Shown: positions 27,637-38,031, numbered from the stretch's first letter. The stretch is 64,000 nucleotides of DNA from an uncultured Coriobacteriaceae bacterium (GCA_964610065.1 CAZSUO010000001.1:2874-66873); one strand, 5' to 3'. Made by a program: numbers and translations. The notes: generated from the sequence alone by a model not told the origin.

Positions 27637-27783
27637 CGTGAGCGGTCGAGAGGTCCACGGTCGAATCGGCTGCCGTGGTCACGCCGTGGCGGACGCCGCC
27701 CATCTGTAGGCGACGGTGTCGCATCGGCGCTGTGCTAGAATCCATCAATCTCGGCGTTTCTTATCCACCGTATCCGCCTGGAG

Positions 27784-29541
27784 GTGGTCGTGGCGCGCAC
27801 GCTGATGTCCGGCAATGAGGCAGTGGCCCGGGGCGCATGGGAGGCAGGCGTCGCCATCGGCGTCGGCTATCCCGGCACCCCGTCGACCGAGGTCCTCGAG
27901 AACCTCGTCAAGTACGACGGTGTCCGCTGTGAATGGGCGCCCAACGAGAAGGTGGCCGCCGAGGTTGCGGGCGGTGTCTCGCTTGGTGGCGTGCGCACGC
28001 TCGTCACCATGAAGCATGTCGGCCTGAACGTTGCCGCGGACGCTCTGTACTCGCAGTCGTATACCGGCGTCACCGGTGGGCTCGTGTACCTGGTCGCGGA
28101 CGATCCCGGAATGCATAGCTCGCAGAACGAGCAGGACACGCGGAACCACGCAGTTGGTTCGCGTGTGCCGGTGCTCGAGCCGTCAGACAGCCAGGAGGCG
28201 CTCACGTTCGTGAGGCGTGCGTTCGAGCTCTCGGAGCGGTTCGATGTGCCGGTGATCGTTCGCATGACGACACGCGTCTCACACGGCAAGGGTCTGGTCG
28301 AGCAGGGCGAGCGCCAGGACGTACCCGCGCGTGCGTACGAGCGCGACGTGCGCAAGCACGTGATGATGCCGGGCAACGCGCGGCTGAGACAGCGGCACGT
28401 GAATGCGCGTGAGGCCGACCTGGTGTCGTATGGTGCTGCCGCGGAGGAGAACCGCGTTGAGATCCGAGACACGTCGCTTGGCGTCATCACTTCCGGTATC
28501 GCGTACCAGTACGTCCGTGAGGGCCTTCCGGAGGCGTCGACACTGAAGCTCGGTCTCACGGTGCCTCTGCCGGAAAGCCTCATCCTCGAGTTCGCCTCGA
28601 AGGTGGACGCGGTCGCCGTCATTGAAGAGCTCGACCCGTACCTGAGCCTCAGAGTCAGAGCGCTCGGCATCGAGCTCGTGGAGCACGGACTGCCTCGCAG
28701 CGGTGAGCTGTCACCACGTCTCGTCGCTGAGGCGTTCGGGAGCGACCCGTTGCCTGTGCGTGACGAGGTCCAGGGTCTGCCGCCGCGTCCGCCGCTGCTG
28801 TGTCCGGGCTGTCCGCACCGTGGACTGTTCTACTCCCTCGGCAAGATCCGGGCGGTTGTGACCGGGGACATCGGCTGCTACACGTTGGGCTCACTGCCAC
28901 CGCTCTCCGGCATGGACAGCTGCGTGTGCATGGGGGCGAGCATCGGGATGGCGCACGGCGTCGATCTTGCGGGGTCGGTGGACCGCCCGATCGTGGCGGT
29001 CATCGGTGACTCGACGTTCGCGCATTCGGGGATAACGGGCCTGCTGCATATGGCATACGCTGGCTCGACCGGGACGGTCATCATCCTGGACAACCGTACG
29101 ACGGCCATGACGGGACACCAGGGCAACCCGGTCAACGGCGTGTTCATCGATGGCTCGGCCGCGCCAGAGCTCGACCTTGAGGTCCTGTCGCGTGCGGTCG
29201 GTGCGACCTCGGTGCGCACCGTCGATCCGCACGAGCTTGACGCCACGCTCACCGTGCTCCGCGAGGAGACGGCGACCGACCACCTGAGCGTGATCATCTC
29301 TAAGGCGCCGTGCGCCCTTCTTATCAAGGAGGAGAAGGATCCGTACGCCGTTGACGAGGAGCTGTGCACCAAGTGCGGTGCGTGTATCCGGCTCGGGTGT
29401 CCCGCGATCTCGCGCGACGAGTCCGGGCGTGCCGTCATCGACACGGCTACGTGCGTGGGATGCGGTCAGTGCGTACAGGTGTGCCGGTTCGACGCGATCG
29501 TGCGCGTCGGTCCGTCCTGCGACTTCGGGGGTGGACGATGA
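27784..29541 (+). CDS. iorA: Indolepyruvate:ferredoxin oxidoreductase alpha subunit
   Basis: GNEAVARG, YPGTPSTE, MKHVGLNVA, CPGCPHR, GDIGCY, GDSTF, two C-terminal 4Fe-4S motifs; extended -10 TGcTAGAAT at 27733-27741. Confidence 0.95.
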   Translation: MVVARTLMSGNEAVARGAWEAGVAIGVGYPGTPSTEVLENLVKYDGVRCEWAPNEKVAAEVAGGVSLGGVRTLVTMKHVGLNVAADALYSQSYTGVTGGLVYLVADDPGMHSSQNEQDTRNHAVGSRVPVLEPSDSQEALTFVRRAFELSERFDVPVIVRMTTRVSHGKGLVEQGERQDVPARAYERDVRKHVMMPGNARLRQRHVNAREADLVSYGAAAEENRVEIRDTSLGVITSGIAYQYVREGLPEASTLKLGLTVPLPESLILEFASKVDAVAVIEELDPYLSLRVRALGIELVEHGLPRSGELSPRLVAEAFGSDPLPVRDEVQGLPPRPPLLCPGCPHRGLFYSLGKIRAVVTGDIGCYTLGSLPPLSGMDSCVCMGASIGMAHGVDLAGSVDRPIVAVIGDSTFAHSGITGLLHMAYAGSTGTVIILDNRTTAMTGHQGNPVNGVFIDGSAAPELDLEVLSRAVGATSVRTVDPHELDATLTVLREETATDHLSVIISKAPCALLIKEEKDPYAVDEELCTKCGACIRLGCPAISRDESGRAVIDTATCVGCGQCVQVCRFDAIVRVGPSCDFGGGR

Positions 29542-30128
29542 GCATCACAACGGTCGTGCTTGCGGGTGTCGGGGGCCAGGGTACGATCCTGGCGGGCGAT
29601 GTTCTTGCGAAGGTCGCCGTTGCCGAAGGCCATGACGTGAAGCTGTCAGAGGTGCACGGCATGGCGCAGCGTGGCGGCTCGGTCGAGACGTTCGTCCGGT
29701 TCGGGGAGCGGGTCTTCTCGCCGGTCGTGGACCGGGGTGCCGCTGACCATCTCATCGCCTTCGAGGTGACCGAGGCGGCCAGAACACTGCGGTACCTGCG
29801 TCCCGGCGGTGCGCTTGTGGTCAACCGCCGTACCATGGCCTCGTTGCCGGTGCTGATCGGCGACGTCGAGCCGCCCGTGGGAGTCGAGGAAGCCCTTGGC
29901 CGCGAGGGCGCCATCTTCCTGGACGCTGAGGCCCTTGCGTGTGAGGCGGGCAGTCCGCGCTCGGCCAACATCGTTCTGATGGGTGCGGCTTCGTATGCGT
30001 TGCCCTTCGAGACCGCCACGTGGGAGCGCGTCATCGGAGAGCGTGTACCGGCAAAGACCGTTGAAGCGAACGTGCGTGCCTTCCACCTCGGACGGGACGC
30101 CTGTGCGGAGGGAGCGTGCGCGCTGTGA
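29538..30128 (+). CDS. iorB: Indolepyruvate oxidoreductase beta subunit
   Basis: GVGGQG, SEVHGMAQRGGSV; ATGA overlap with iorA. Confidence 0.94.
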   Translation: MSITTVVLAGVGGQGTILAGDVLAKVAVAEGHDVKLSEVHGMAQRGGSVETFVRFGERVFSPVVDRGAADHLIAFEVTEAARTLRYLRPGGALVVNRRTMASLPVLIGDVEPPVGVEEALGREGAIFLDAEALACEAGSPRSANIVLMGAASYALPFETATWERVIGERVPAKTVEANVRAFHLGRDACAEGACAL

Positions 30129-30559
30129 TGGATCGGGCGATCGTCAAGCAGCTGTCGGTGTTCATCGCCAACGAGTCGGGCCGTGTGAGTGAGGTTACGG
30201 GCATCCTCGGCGATGCGGGTATCAACATCCGCGGCTTCTCCGTATCCGATACCGCCGACTACGGCATCCTTCGGCTGATCGTCGACCGGCCGGACGATGC
30301 GTTCGCGACGCTGAGTGACGCGGGGTTCACCGTCCGCCTGGATGATGTGATCTGTATCGACCTCCCCGACGTGCCGGGTGGTCTCTCGGCGGTACTGAGA
30401 GTGGTGTCAGACGCCGGTGTCAACATCGAGTACGTGTATTCGCTCATCGCCACCTACGTGGTTCTGAACGTCGGTGACGTCGATCGGGCGCTACGCCTGC
30501 TGAGCGGACGCCCGGTGAAGCTGGTATCGCAGGCCGATCTGAGCGCAGTGATGCAGTAG
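30128..30559 (+). CDS. ACT-domain protein (paralog of 12434-12853)
   Basis: KQLSVFIANESGRV, DTADYGILRL, NIEYVYS. Confidence 0.88.
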   Translation: MDRAIVKQLSVFIANESGRVSEVTGILGDAGINIRGFSVSDTADYGILRLIVDRPDDAFATLSDAGFTVRLDDVICIDLPDVPGGLSAVLRVVSDAGVNIEYVYSLIATYVVLNVGDVDRALRLLSGRPVKLVSQADLSAVMQ

Positions 30560-30634
30560 GGTGTCGCGCGCGACCATGAACGATGGATGAGGTGCGGCAT
30601 GAGCGTAGGAGGGGCGGGTGCGACGATGAGGGGC

Positions 30635-31810
30635 ATGAAGGGGTATGCACGTGCGGCCGTGGCGCTGCTGGCGGCCATGTGTCTGCCGGTCACAGGATGT
30701 TCCGGCACCGGTACGGGCGGTGAGGCGGAGGGTAGCGAGCCCTATCGTATCGGCGCGGTTCTGTCGCTGACGGGCAGCTACGCCGGACTGGGGATCCCGG
30801 AGAAGAAGGCGATCGACCTGGAGGTCGCCCGCATCAATGAGGCCGGTGGCATCAACGGTCGTGAGATCGAGGTCGTCTACGAGGACGACGCGACGGACGC
30901 GGCGAAGTCGCAGGCGGCCGCGGTACGTTTGATCGATGAGGAGGGTGTGCTCGCGATCATCGGAGCGTCGGGCACCGGCCAGACCATGGCCATGCGCTCT
31001 GACGCCGAGCGCGCCGGCGTTCCTATCATCTCGATGGCGGGCGGCTCGGTGATCACCGACGACTTCTCCGAGTGGGTGTTCCAGACCCCGTGGCCTAACC
31101 GCATCGTGATCCCGTTCGTGCTCAAGCAGATGGCCGCGGCGGGTCATACCAGGGTCGCGCTCATCAGTGACACCGGCGGCTATGGCGTGGACGGGCGCGA
31201 CTACGTGCTCGTGCACGCCGAGGAGGCCGGCGTCACGCTCGTGGCCGACCAGACCTTCAACGCCAACGATACCGACATGTCGTCGCAGATGACCAAGATC
31301 CGTGGCGCCGAGCCCGACGCCGTGCTTATCTGGGCCGCCGGCAAGGAGGCCGCGATCATCGCGCGCAATGCCCGTCAACTCAACATGGAGCAGCCGCTGT
31401 ACGGGGGCTCGGGCATCGCCCGGCAGGAGTTCATCGATGGCGCCGCCGAGGCGGCCGAGGGTGTACGCCTCGGCACCGGCAAGATCCTCGTCCCCGAGGC
31501 GTTCGGGGAGGGGAGTGAGGCGTACAACGTGGCGACGGACTTCATCTCCCGGTATGAGTCGGAGTACGGCGCGAAACCCGATATCTTCGCAGGTCACGCC
31601 TACGACGCGATCGGACTGATCGCCGATGCCCTCGGACGCATCGAGGGGGACGTCACCTCGGAGGCCCTTCGTGACGCGCTTGAGCAGACCGACGGCTGGG
31701 TGGGCATCGACGGGACGTTCACATACTCGGCCAACGACCACAACGGCCTCACCGAGGACGAGATGGTTCTCTACATCATCGAGGATGGCGCCTGGCGGCT
31801 GGACGACTGA
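30635..31810 (+). CDS. livK: Branched-chain amino acid / aryl-acid ABC transporter substrate-binding lipoprotein
   Basis: Lipobox VTGC; IGAVLSLTG, INEAGGINGR; start uncertain (30626 or 30635). Confidence 0.88.
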   Translation: MKGYARAAVALLAAMCLPVTGCSGTGTGGEAEGSEPYRIGAVLSLTGSYAGLGIPEKKAIDLEVARINEAGGINGREIEVVYEDDATDAAKSQAAAVRLIDEEGVLAIIGASGTGQTMAMRSDAERAGVPIISMAGGSVITDDFSEWVFQTPWPNRIVIPFVLKQMAAAGHTRVALISDTGGYGVDGRDYVLVHAEEAGVTLVADQTFNANDTDMSSQMTKIRGAEPDAVLIWAAGKEAAIIARNARQLNMEQPLYGGSGIARQEFIDGAAEAAEGVRLGTGKILVPEAFGEGSEAYNVATDFISRYESEYGAKPDIFAGHAYDAIGLIADALGRIEGDVTSEALRDALEQTDGWVGIDGTFTYSANDHNGLTEDEMVLYIIEDGAWRLDD

Positions 31811-31812
31811 CG

Positions 31813-32691
31813 GTGGATGCTGCCGAGTTCTTCCAGTACGTCATAGCGGGGCTGAAAAGCGGCTCCATATACGCGCTGGTCGCGCTCGGGTTCACGGTGG
31901 TCTACGGCGCCACCGGGATCATCAACTTCGCCCAGGGTGAGTTCTTCATGCTCGGCGGGGTGCTTGCGGTGTGGTTCTACAGTCTCGGGCTGCCGCTTCC
32001 CGTGGCTGGCGTCGCGGCCGTTGCGGCGACAGCGCTGTTGGGCGTCGTCTTCGAGCGCGTGGCGCTGCGCAGGCAGCGCTCGGCGAGTCCGCTCGTGCTC
32101 GTGATCATCACCATCGGCGCCTCCATGGTGATCAAGTCGCTCGCGCGGCACCTGTTCGGTCCTGATGAGTTGAGTCTGCCCGAGTTCACCCCGGGGCCTT
32201 CGATAGACGTCGCCGGGGTGGCGGTCGAGCGTCAGGCGCTCTGGGTATGGGGCCTCACCATCGTGGCCGTGCTGGTTCTTGCCTGGCTCTACCGTCGCAC
32301 GAAGCTCGGACGTGCGATGCGTGCGTGCTCGATCAGTCACGACGCGGCCCGTCTGATGGGTATCGACACCGCGCGTGTGGTGATGGTCAGCTTCGGTATC
32401 GCGGCGGCGCTCGGTGCGCTTGCCGGGTTCGCCGTCACCCCGCTCACGCAAACCTCATGGGATGCGGGTGCCGCGATCGGGGTGAAGGGCTTTGCCGCCG
32501 CCATACTCGGCGGGCTGGGCAACCCCGTGGCGACCGTGATCGGCGGCCTCGTGCTCGGCCTGCTCGAGAGCTTGTCGGTCGCCTTCCTGTCGTCCACCTA
32601 CAAAGACGTCATCTCGCTCCTCGTGCTCCTTGTGGTGCTGTTCGTGCGGCCTCAGGGCCTGTTCGGCAAGGCCCGACGGGAGAAGGTGTGA
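31813..32691 (+). CDS. livH: LIV-type ABC permease
   Basis: GSIYALVALG, IINFAQGE, TKLGRAMRA. Confidence 0.9.
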   Translation: MDAAEFFQYVIAGLKSGSIYALVALGFTVVYGATGIINFAQGEFFMLGGVLAVWFYSLGLPLPVAGVAAVAATALLGVVFERVALRRQRSASPLVLVIITIGASMVIKSLARHLFGPDELSLPEFTPGPSIDVAGVAVERQALWVWGLTIVAVLVLAWLYRRTKLGRAMRACSISHDAARLMGIDTARVVMVSFGIAAALGALAGFAVTPLTQTSWDAGAAIGVKGFAAAILGGLGNPVATVIGGLVLGLLESLSVAFLSSTYKDVISLLVLLVVLFVRPQGLFGKARREKV

Positions 32692-33695
32692 GCGTGGTGA
32701 AGAGGAGGCACGTACTCGGCACACCGTATCTCGCGCTGGTCGTCGCGGCCGCTGCTCTCGCCGCCATTCCGCTGCTCACGCCGGATCGCTACGTGCTCAA
32801 GGTGCTCGTCTACGTTGGCGTGAACGTGATCGTGATCGCGGGACTGGCGCTGCTCTTCGGCCATGCCGGTCAGATCTCGATGGGGCACGCGGCGTTCGTG
32901 GGTATCGGGGCGTACACCTCGGCGTATCTGGTGAAGTCGCTCGGCGCGCCCTGGCTCGTTGGCGTGCTCGGAGCGACCCTGCTCGCGGCCGTCGGCGGCC
33001 TCGTGCTCGCGCTGCCGGCGTTACGGCTGCGCGGGCACTATCTCGCGATGGCTACGCTGGGGTTCAACGAGATCATGTACGTGGTGTTCCGTGAGGCACG
33101 TGCTGTCACGGGTGGCAACGACGGCCTCGGGGGTATCCCGTATCCCGAAGTGGCGGGCCTGAAGATCGACACGCCTGTGGGCGTCTACCTGCTGGTGTGG
33201 GGCGTGGCGCTCGTGACGTTGCTGCTGGTCACCAACATCCTGAGGAGCCGCCCCGGTCGCGCCATGCGCGCGCTGCATGCCACCGAGAACGGCGCGCTCG
33301 CGTGCGGGATCGACACGGCGGGGCTCAAGATTCGTACGTTCGGCCTCTCGGCGGCCCTCGCGGGTCTTGCGGGTGCGCTCTACGCACACGGCGTGGGCTT
33401 CATCTCGCCGACGACCTTCGGGCTGGAGCAGTCGGTCATCTACGTGGCGATCGTGGTCGTGGGTGGCGCCGGCTCGCTCGCCGGCCCGGTGCTCGCGGCC
33501 GTGGCGCTCACGCTTCTCCCGTATGCGGACGCACTCGTTCCGGGCCTGTCCAAGGACACGATCGCGGTGATGCAGGACTGGGAGGCGGACATCTACGGGC
33601 TTGCGATGATCGCGGTGGTGATCTTCGCGCCTGCCGGCATCGGAGGGCTCCTGAAGCGCATCGGGCCGCGCAAGGCGGGGGAGGTGCGCGGATGA
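32688..33695 (+). CDS. livM: LIV-type ABC permease
   Basis: GQISMGHAAF, LRLRGHYLAMATL, TGGNDG. Confidence 0.9.
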   Translation: MSVVKRRHVLGTPYLALVVAAAALAAIPLLTPDRYVLKVLVYVGVNVIVIAGLALLFGHAGQISMGHAAFVGIGAYTSAYLVKSLGAPWLVGVLGATLLAAVGGLVLALPALRLRGHYLAMATLGFNEIMYVVFREARAVTGGNDGLGGIPYPEVAGLKIDTPVGVYLLVWGVALVTLLLVTNILRSRPGRAMRALHATENGALACGIDTAGLKIRTFGLSAALAGLAGALYAHGVGFISPTTFGLEQSVIYVAIVVVGGAGSLAGPVLAAVALTLLPYADALVPGLSKDTIAVMQDWEADIYGLAMIAVVIFAPAGIGGLLKRIGPRKAGEVRG

Positions 33696-34465
33696 GCCTC
33701 CTCTCGGTGCGCGCCCTGACACGTCGCTTCGGCGGCTTGACCGCTGTGGATGACGTCTCCTTCGACGTCTACGAAGGCTCGATCAAGGCGGTCATCGGGC
33801 CCAACGGCGCCGGCAAGAGCACGCTGTTCAACCTGATCACCGGGTTCGACAGGGCGGATGCGGGAAGCGTGATGTTCGGCGGCGCGGAGGTAGCTGGCCG
33901 CCGACCGGACGCTATCGTGCGTGCGGGGTTGGCCCGCACGTTCCAGAACACCGCCCTGTTCGAGGATCTCACGGCTATGGAGAACGTGCACATCGCAGCC
34001 GACCTCGGTCGCCCCGGCGGGTTCTTGCGCTCCGCGCTGCGGCTTCGCCTCGCGGCCGGTGAGCGCGACGCTGCCGATCGGGCGGCGTACCTGCTCCGGC
34101 TGACCGGGATCGCCGGGTTCGCGGAGTCCCCTGCGCGCGACCTGCCGCACGGCACGCGCCGGCTGCTGGAGATCGCACGCGCGCTGGCAACGGGGCCGCG
34201 GCTGCTGTTGCTCGACGAGCCCGCGGCAGGACTCAACGGCGCCGAGACGCGCACACTCATCGATGCGCTGTATCGCATCCGCGACGAGGGCGTCACCCTG
34301 GTGGTCGTCGAGCACGACATGGGGCTCGTGATGGAGATCGCCGAGGAGATCGTCGTTCTCGATCGCGGGGCCAAGATCGCGGAGGGGCCACCACTCCTCA
34401 TCCAGAAGGACCGGGCCGTGATCGAGGCGTACCTCGGCGAGGAGTGTGGCGACGATGGGTGCTGA
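33692..34465 (+). CDS. livG: LIV-type ABC ATPase
   Basis: FGGLTAV, GPNGAGKST, ARTFQN, LLDEPAAG, VEHDM. Confidence 0.9.
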   Translation: MSLLSVRALTRRFGGLTAVDDVSFDVYEGSIKAVIGPNGAGKSTLFNLITGFDRADAGSVMFGGAEVAGRRPDAIVRAGLARTFQNTALFEDLTAMENVHIAADLGRPGGFLRSALRLRLAAGERDAADRAAYLLRLTGIAGFAESPARDLPHGTRRLLEIARALATGPRLLLLDEPAAGLNGAETRTLIDALYRIRDEGVTLVVVEHDMGLVMEIAEEIVVLDRGAKIAEGPPLLIQKDRAVIEAYLGEECGDDGC

Positions 34466-35189
34466 GCTGCGCATCGGGGGCCTGCACGTGGGGTATGGCC
34501 GTGTCGGGGTCATCGCCGATGTCGACATGCGCGTCATGCCAGGCGAGATGGTGGCGCTTATCGGCTCGAATGGCGCCGGGAAGTCAACGCTGCTGAAAGC
34601 CGTTGCGGGTCTGCTGAAGCCATCGGCCGGTTCGGTCGTGCTCGGCGGATGCGACATCACCGGCATGCCGCCTGAGAGGATCGTGCGGCAGGGTCTCGCG
34701 CTCGTCCCGGAGGGAAGGATGCTCTTCGGGCCCCTTACGGTCGATGAGAACCTGACGATCGGCGCACACTCACGCTCCGCACGGGATGAGGGTGTCATGG
34801 CCGACCGGGCCCGGGTGCAGGCGCTCTTCCCGGTGCTTGCCGAGCGGCATGCGCAGCCGGCGGAGACGCTCTCCGGTGGTGAGCAGCAGATGCTCGCGGT
34901 AGGACGCGCGCTGATGAGCGGCCCGCAGGTGCTGCTGCTCGACGAGCCGTCCCTCGGGCTGGCCCCGCGGGTGATCGCCGCCATCTTCGGCGTACTCGAC
35001 ACCTTGCGCGCCGAGGGTCTGTCGATCCTGCTCGTGGAACAGGACGCGCGGCTTGCGCTCAAGCACGCCGACCGTGGCTATGTGATGCGAGGTGGCGGTA
35101 TCGCCATCGAGGGCCCCGCTGCTGAGTTGGCCGATGATGAGCAGGTGCGCCATGCGTACCTTGGTGGACGACCCGAAACGAGGGAGTGA
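34455..35189 (+). CDS. livF: LIV-type ABC ATPase
   Basis: GSNGAGKST, VPEGR, LSGGEQQML, DEPSLGLAP. Confidence 0.9.
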   Translation: MGAELRIGGLHVGYGRVGVIADVDMRVMPGEMVALIGSNGAGKSTLLKAVAGLLKPSAGSVVLGGCDITGMPPERIVRQGLALVPEGRMLFGPLTVDENLTIGAHSRSARDEGVMADRARVQALFPVLAERHAQPAETLSGGEQQMLAVGRALMSGPQVLLLDEPSLGLAPRVIAAIFGVLDTLRAEGLSILLVEQDARLALKHADRGYVMRGGGIAIEGPAAELADDEQVRHAYLGGRPETRE

Positions 35190-35195
35190 GCCCGG

Positions 35196-36500
35196 ATGCC
35201 GATCTGGAACGCCGAGTACGAGACGATGCCCCGAGAGCAGCTTGCCGGGTTGCAGCTACGCCGACTCCAGTCGACCGTCGCGTGGGTGTACGAGCGCGTG
35301 CCACACTACCGCCAGGAGCTCGATGCGCGTGGCCTGAAGCCTCGCGACATCCGTTCACTCGACGATGTCAGGCTCCTCCCGTTCACCGACAAGACCGCAC
35401 TACGGGACACCTACCCGTTCGGCATGTTCGCGGTCGACCTCGAGCAGGTCGTTCGCGTGCATTCGTCGTCGGGCACCACGGGCAAACCCATCGTCGTCGG
35501 CTATACGAAGGGCGATCTCAACACGTGGACCGAGCTCACGGCGCGCATCGCATCGGCCGCCGGAGTGACCGCTCACGACCGTGTGCAGATGCTCTTCTTG
35601 TACGGCATGTTCACGGGTGGCTGGGGAATGCACTACGGGATCGAGCGGGTGGGCGCCACGGTGTTCCCCGCGGGCTCCGGGAACACCGAGCGGCAACTCA
35701 TGATGATGCAGGACTTCGGCACCACCGCCATCGTCGGCACGCCGAGCTACGCGTTGTACATCGCCGAGGTGGCCGAGAAGGCGGGCATCGACATGAGCTC
35801 GCTCCCATTGAAGCTCGGTCTCTTCGGCGGTGAACCGTCCGGAGAGGGTATGCGCGAGGAGATCGAGCGGCGCCTCGGGATCCGCGCAACGGACAACTAC
35901 GGTCTGTCCGAGGTGATGGGTCCGGGCGTGAGCGGTGAGTGTGAACACCAGTGCGGACTGCATATGGCCGAGGATCACTTCCTATTCGAGCTTGTTGACC
36001 CGGTGACCGGCGAACCCGTGCCCGAGGGAGGGGAGGGGGAGCTCATCATCACCTCTCTCACCAAAGAGGCGTTCCCGGTCCTCAGGTATCGCACGCACGA
36101 TCTCACCACCATCGACACGACTCTGTGTGAGTGTGGCCGTACGAGTGCGCGTATGCGCAAAGTGCGAAAGCGCACCGATGACATGATGATCATCCGGGGC
36201 GTGAACGTGTTCCCGAGTCAGATCGAGGACGCACTGCTCACGGTGGAGGGCGTCGAGCCGCACTACCTCATCGTGGTCGACCGCGAAGGCGCCATGGACA
36301 CGTTCGAGGTGCAGATCGAGGTGTCACCCGCCATCTTCTCGGACGTGATGCGCAATATGGTCGCGTTCAACAAGCAGGTGGGTGAGAAGATCGCGTCCGT
36401 TGTGGGACTGCAGGCCAAGATCACGCTGGTGGAGCCTGGTACTATAGAGCGGACCGTGGGCAAGGCACGCCACGTCGTAGATAAGCGTACGCAGTTCTAG
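35196..36500 (+). CDS. paaK: Phenylacetate-CoA ligase (copy 2)
   Basis: HSSSGTTGKP, YGLSEVMGPG, RYRTHD, GVNVFPSQIE. Confidence 0.92.
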   Translation: MPIWNAEYETMPREQLAGLQLRRLQSTVAWVYERVPHYRQELDARGLKPRDIRSLDDVRLLPFTDKTALRDTYPFGMFAVDLEQVVRVHSSSGTTGKPIVVGYTKGDLNTWTELTARIASAAGVTAHDRVQMLFLYGMFTGGWGMHYGIERVGATVFPAGSGNTERQLMMMQDFGTTAIVGTPSYALYIAEVAEKAGIDMSSLPLKLGLFGGEPSGEGMREEIERRLGIRATDNYGLSEVMGPGVSGECEHQCGLHMAEDHFLFELVDPVTGEPVPEGGEGELIITSLTKEAFPVLRYRTHDLTTIDTTLCECGRTSARMRKVRKRTDDMMIIRGVNVFPSQIEDALLTVEGVEPHYLIVVDREGAMDTFEVQIEVSPAIFSDVMRNMVAFNKQVGEKIASVVGLQAKITLVEPGTIERTVGKARHVVDKRTQF

Positions 36501-36522
36501 AACCCGCGAAGGACGCAGTGAC

Positions 36523-37062
36523 GTGCAGCAGTACACGCCTTACATCCTCATCGGAGTCGTCGCCACGATCCTGATCGTGGTGACCGTGGTGGTTGCGCGT
36601 GCGATGTGGCGTGGGCAGGTCCGCCGGTACATCATCATCCTGACGGGGCACCGTGAGGCTATCGTGTCCGCGCTCAAGACGGTGGAGTCGGTGGTTGCCG
36701 GGCTTGCGCAGGGCGATGCGGAGAAGGTCATGGCATTCGCGGAGGAGGACTCCGATGAGCGGCAGCCGCTCGCGGAGATCGCGGAGCGCATGCGCATCGC
36801 GCAAGCGGAGTTGTCCGACATCGCGCTCCCGAAGAAGCTCTGGCGGTTAGCTGATATATTATGTGATGCGGCCGATTCGCTTGCGCAGCAGGCGGGTGGG
36901 ATAGGCGACCAGGCAGGCGAGGCGGTGCTCGATGCGCTGCTCGCTCTGGATCTCGTCACCGTGCGCGACAGGCTCAGCGAGGCCGCCACGGAGGCGGAAC
37001 GGGTATCGGTGCTGTACCGGATGACGGATCCATCGGTCTACGGTGGGGGGTTGTACATATGA
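36523..37062 (+). CDS. Hypothetical protein, N-terminal TM and helical body
   Basis: SD GAAGGA; hydrophobic N-terminus; ATGA overlap with the next gene. Confidence 0.7.
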   Translation: MQQYTPYILIGVVATILIVVTVVVARAMWRGQVRRYIIILTGHREAIVSALKTVESVVAGLAQGDAEKVMAFAEEDSDERQPLAEIAERMRIAQAELSDIALPKKLWRLADILCDAADSLAQQAGGIGDQAGEAVLDALLALDLVTVRDRLSEAATEAERVSVLYRMTDPSVYGGGLYI

Positions 37063-37574
37063 TGGTGGCGCGGCAACGAGACCACGACGAGTCTGCGGAC
37101 GTTCCGGGCGACCCCTTCGCCGATGTCCTCCATGATGAGGAGCCGGCACTGCTCGTTCGAATAGCCCGCATCGTCGTGCCATGGGTGGTACTCATCGCGG
37201 TCGTCACCGCCGTGCTGTCGTTCTGGAGCGAGTTCCGTCTGCAGGCAGACCGGGCAGGTTCGGCCGAGTCGACCTCGACTACGGAGCCCTCATCGGCCCC
37301 GGGGACATCGTCTCCAGCGGGAAATGGCTCCGAGGGCGCCACTGAGACCACAGGCAGCGTGTCCACTGATGAGCCGTACGTTCGCGTGAAGGCCGACGGT
37401 TTGAACTTCCGCAAGTCCGCGTCAACGGACGGGGAGGTCATCAGGAAGCTTCCCGGTGGAACGATCCTGGCGTACGTGGAGTCGGCGAACGGCTGGTATC
37501 ACGTCCGCGACGCAGAGGGGGCCGAGGGCTGGGTGGCCGCAGGGGGGAGCTTCACGGAGCTCGTGACACCGTAA
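37059..37574 (+). CDS. Membrane-anchored bacterial SH3 (SH3b) domain protein
   Basis: TM, Ser/Thr-rich linker, LNFRKSAS...GWYHV...EGWV. Confidence 0.82.
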   Translation: MMVARQRDHDESADVPGDPFADVLHDEEPALLVRIARIVVPWVVLIAVVTAVLSFWSEFRLQADRAGSAESTSTTEPSSAPGTSSPAGNGSEGATETTGSVSTDEPYVRVKADGLNFRKSASTDGEVIRKLPGGTILAYVESANGWYHVRDAEGAEGWVAAGGSFTELVTP

Positions 37575-37586
37575 GGGGAGGCCTGA

Positions 37587-37904
37587 GTGAAGATCATAGG
37601 CAGTGCCGCCGACTTCTACCGTGTTCGCGTCATCTCCATCGACACTACCGAGGACCTCGATCTGGAGTGGCGCGACGACGTGCTGTACCGCCGCCCGCCA
37701 TCCGAGATCGTGGGTGAGCGGAGCGCCTACATCGTTGAGGCGGTGACGCTCGACGCACGCGAGGACGCCACCACCATCGCAACATTCGACGACGTGGTCG
37801 AGGCGCGCGCGTGGGCCCAGGATCGACAGGAAGAACTCCCTGACCTCACGAAATCCGACTTCGAGGAGCGGTACTTCCCGCAGGATCCCAGCGTCGTCAC
37901 CTGA
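37587..37904 (+). CDS. Small acidic hypothetical protein
   Basis: SD GGGGAGG before GTG; co-oriented with the SH3 gene. Confidence 0.7.
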   Translation: MKIIGSAADFYRVRVISIDTTEDLDLEWRDDVLYRRPPSEIVGERSAYIVEAVTLDAREDATTIATFDDVVEARAWAQDRQEELPDLTKSDFEERYFPQDPSVVT

Positions 37905-38031
37905 TGTCCCCGCGCTGCGGGGCCCCCGCGGCTCCTGAGGCGCTCGGCGCACGCAGTGAAGGGCTTATCCATCGGGCGCTCGTCGCCTGCTGTTGACGCT
38001 CCCCGGCGGGGTGTCGGTGTCCAGCACATAA

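Noticed and set aside
27761..27769. DnaA-box-like TTATCCACC (similar single sites near 37966 and 42823-42831)
   Set aside because: Isolated, mismatched and unclustered; context points to the terminus, not the origin
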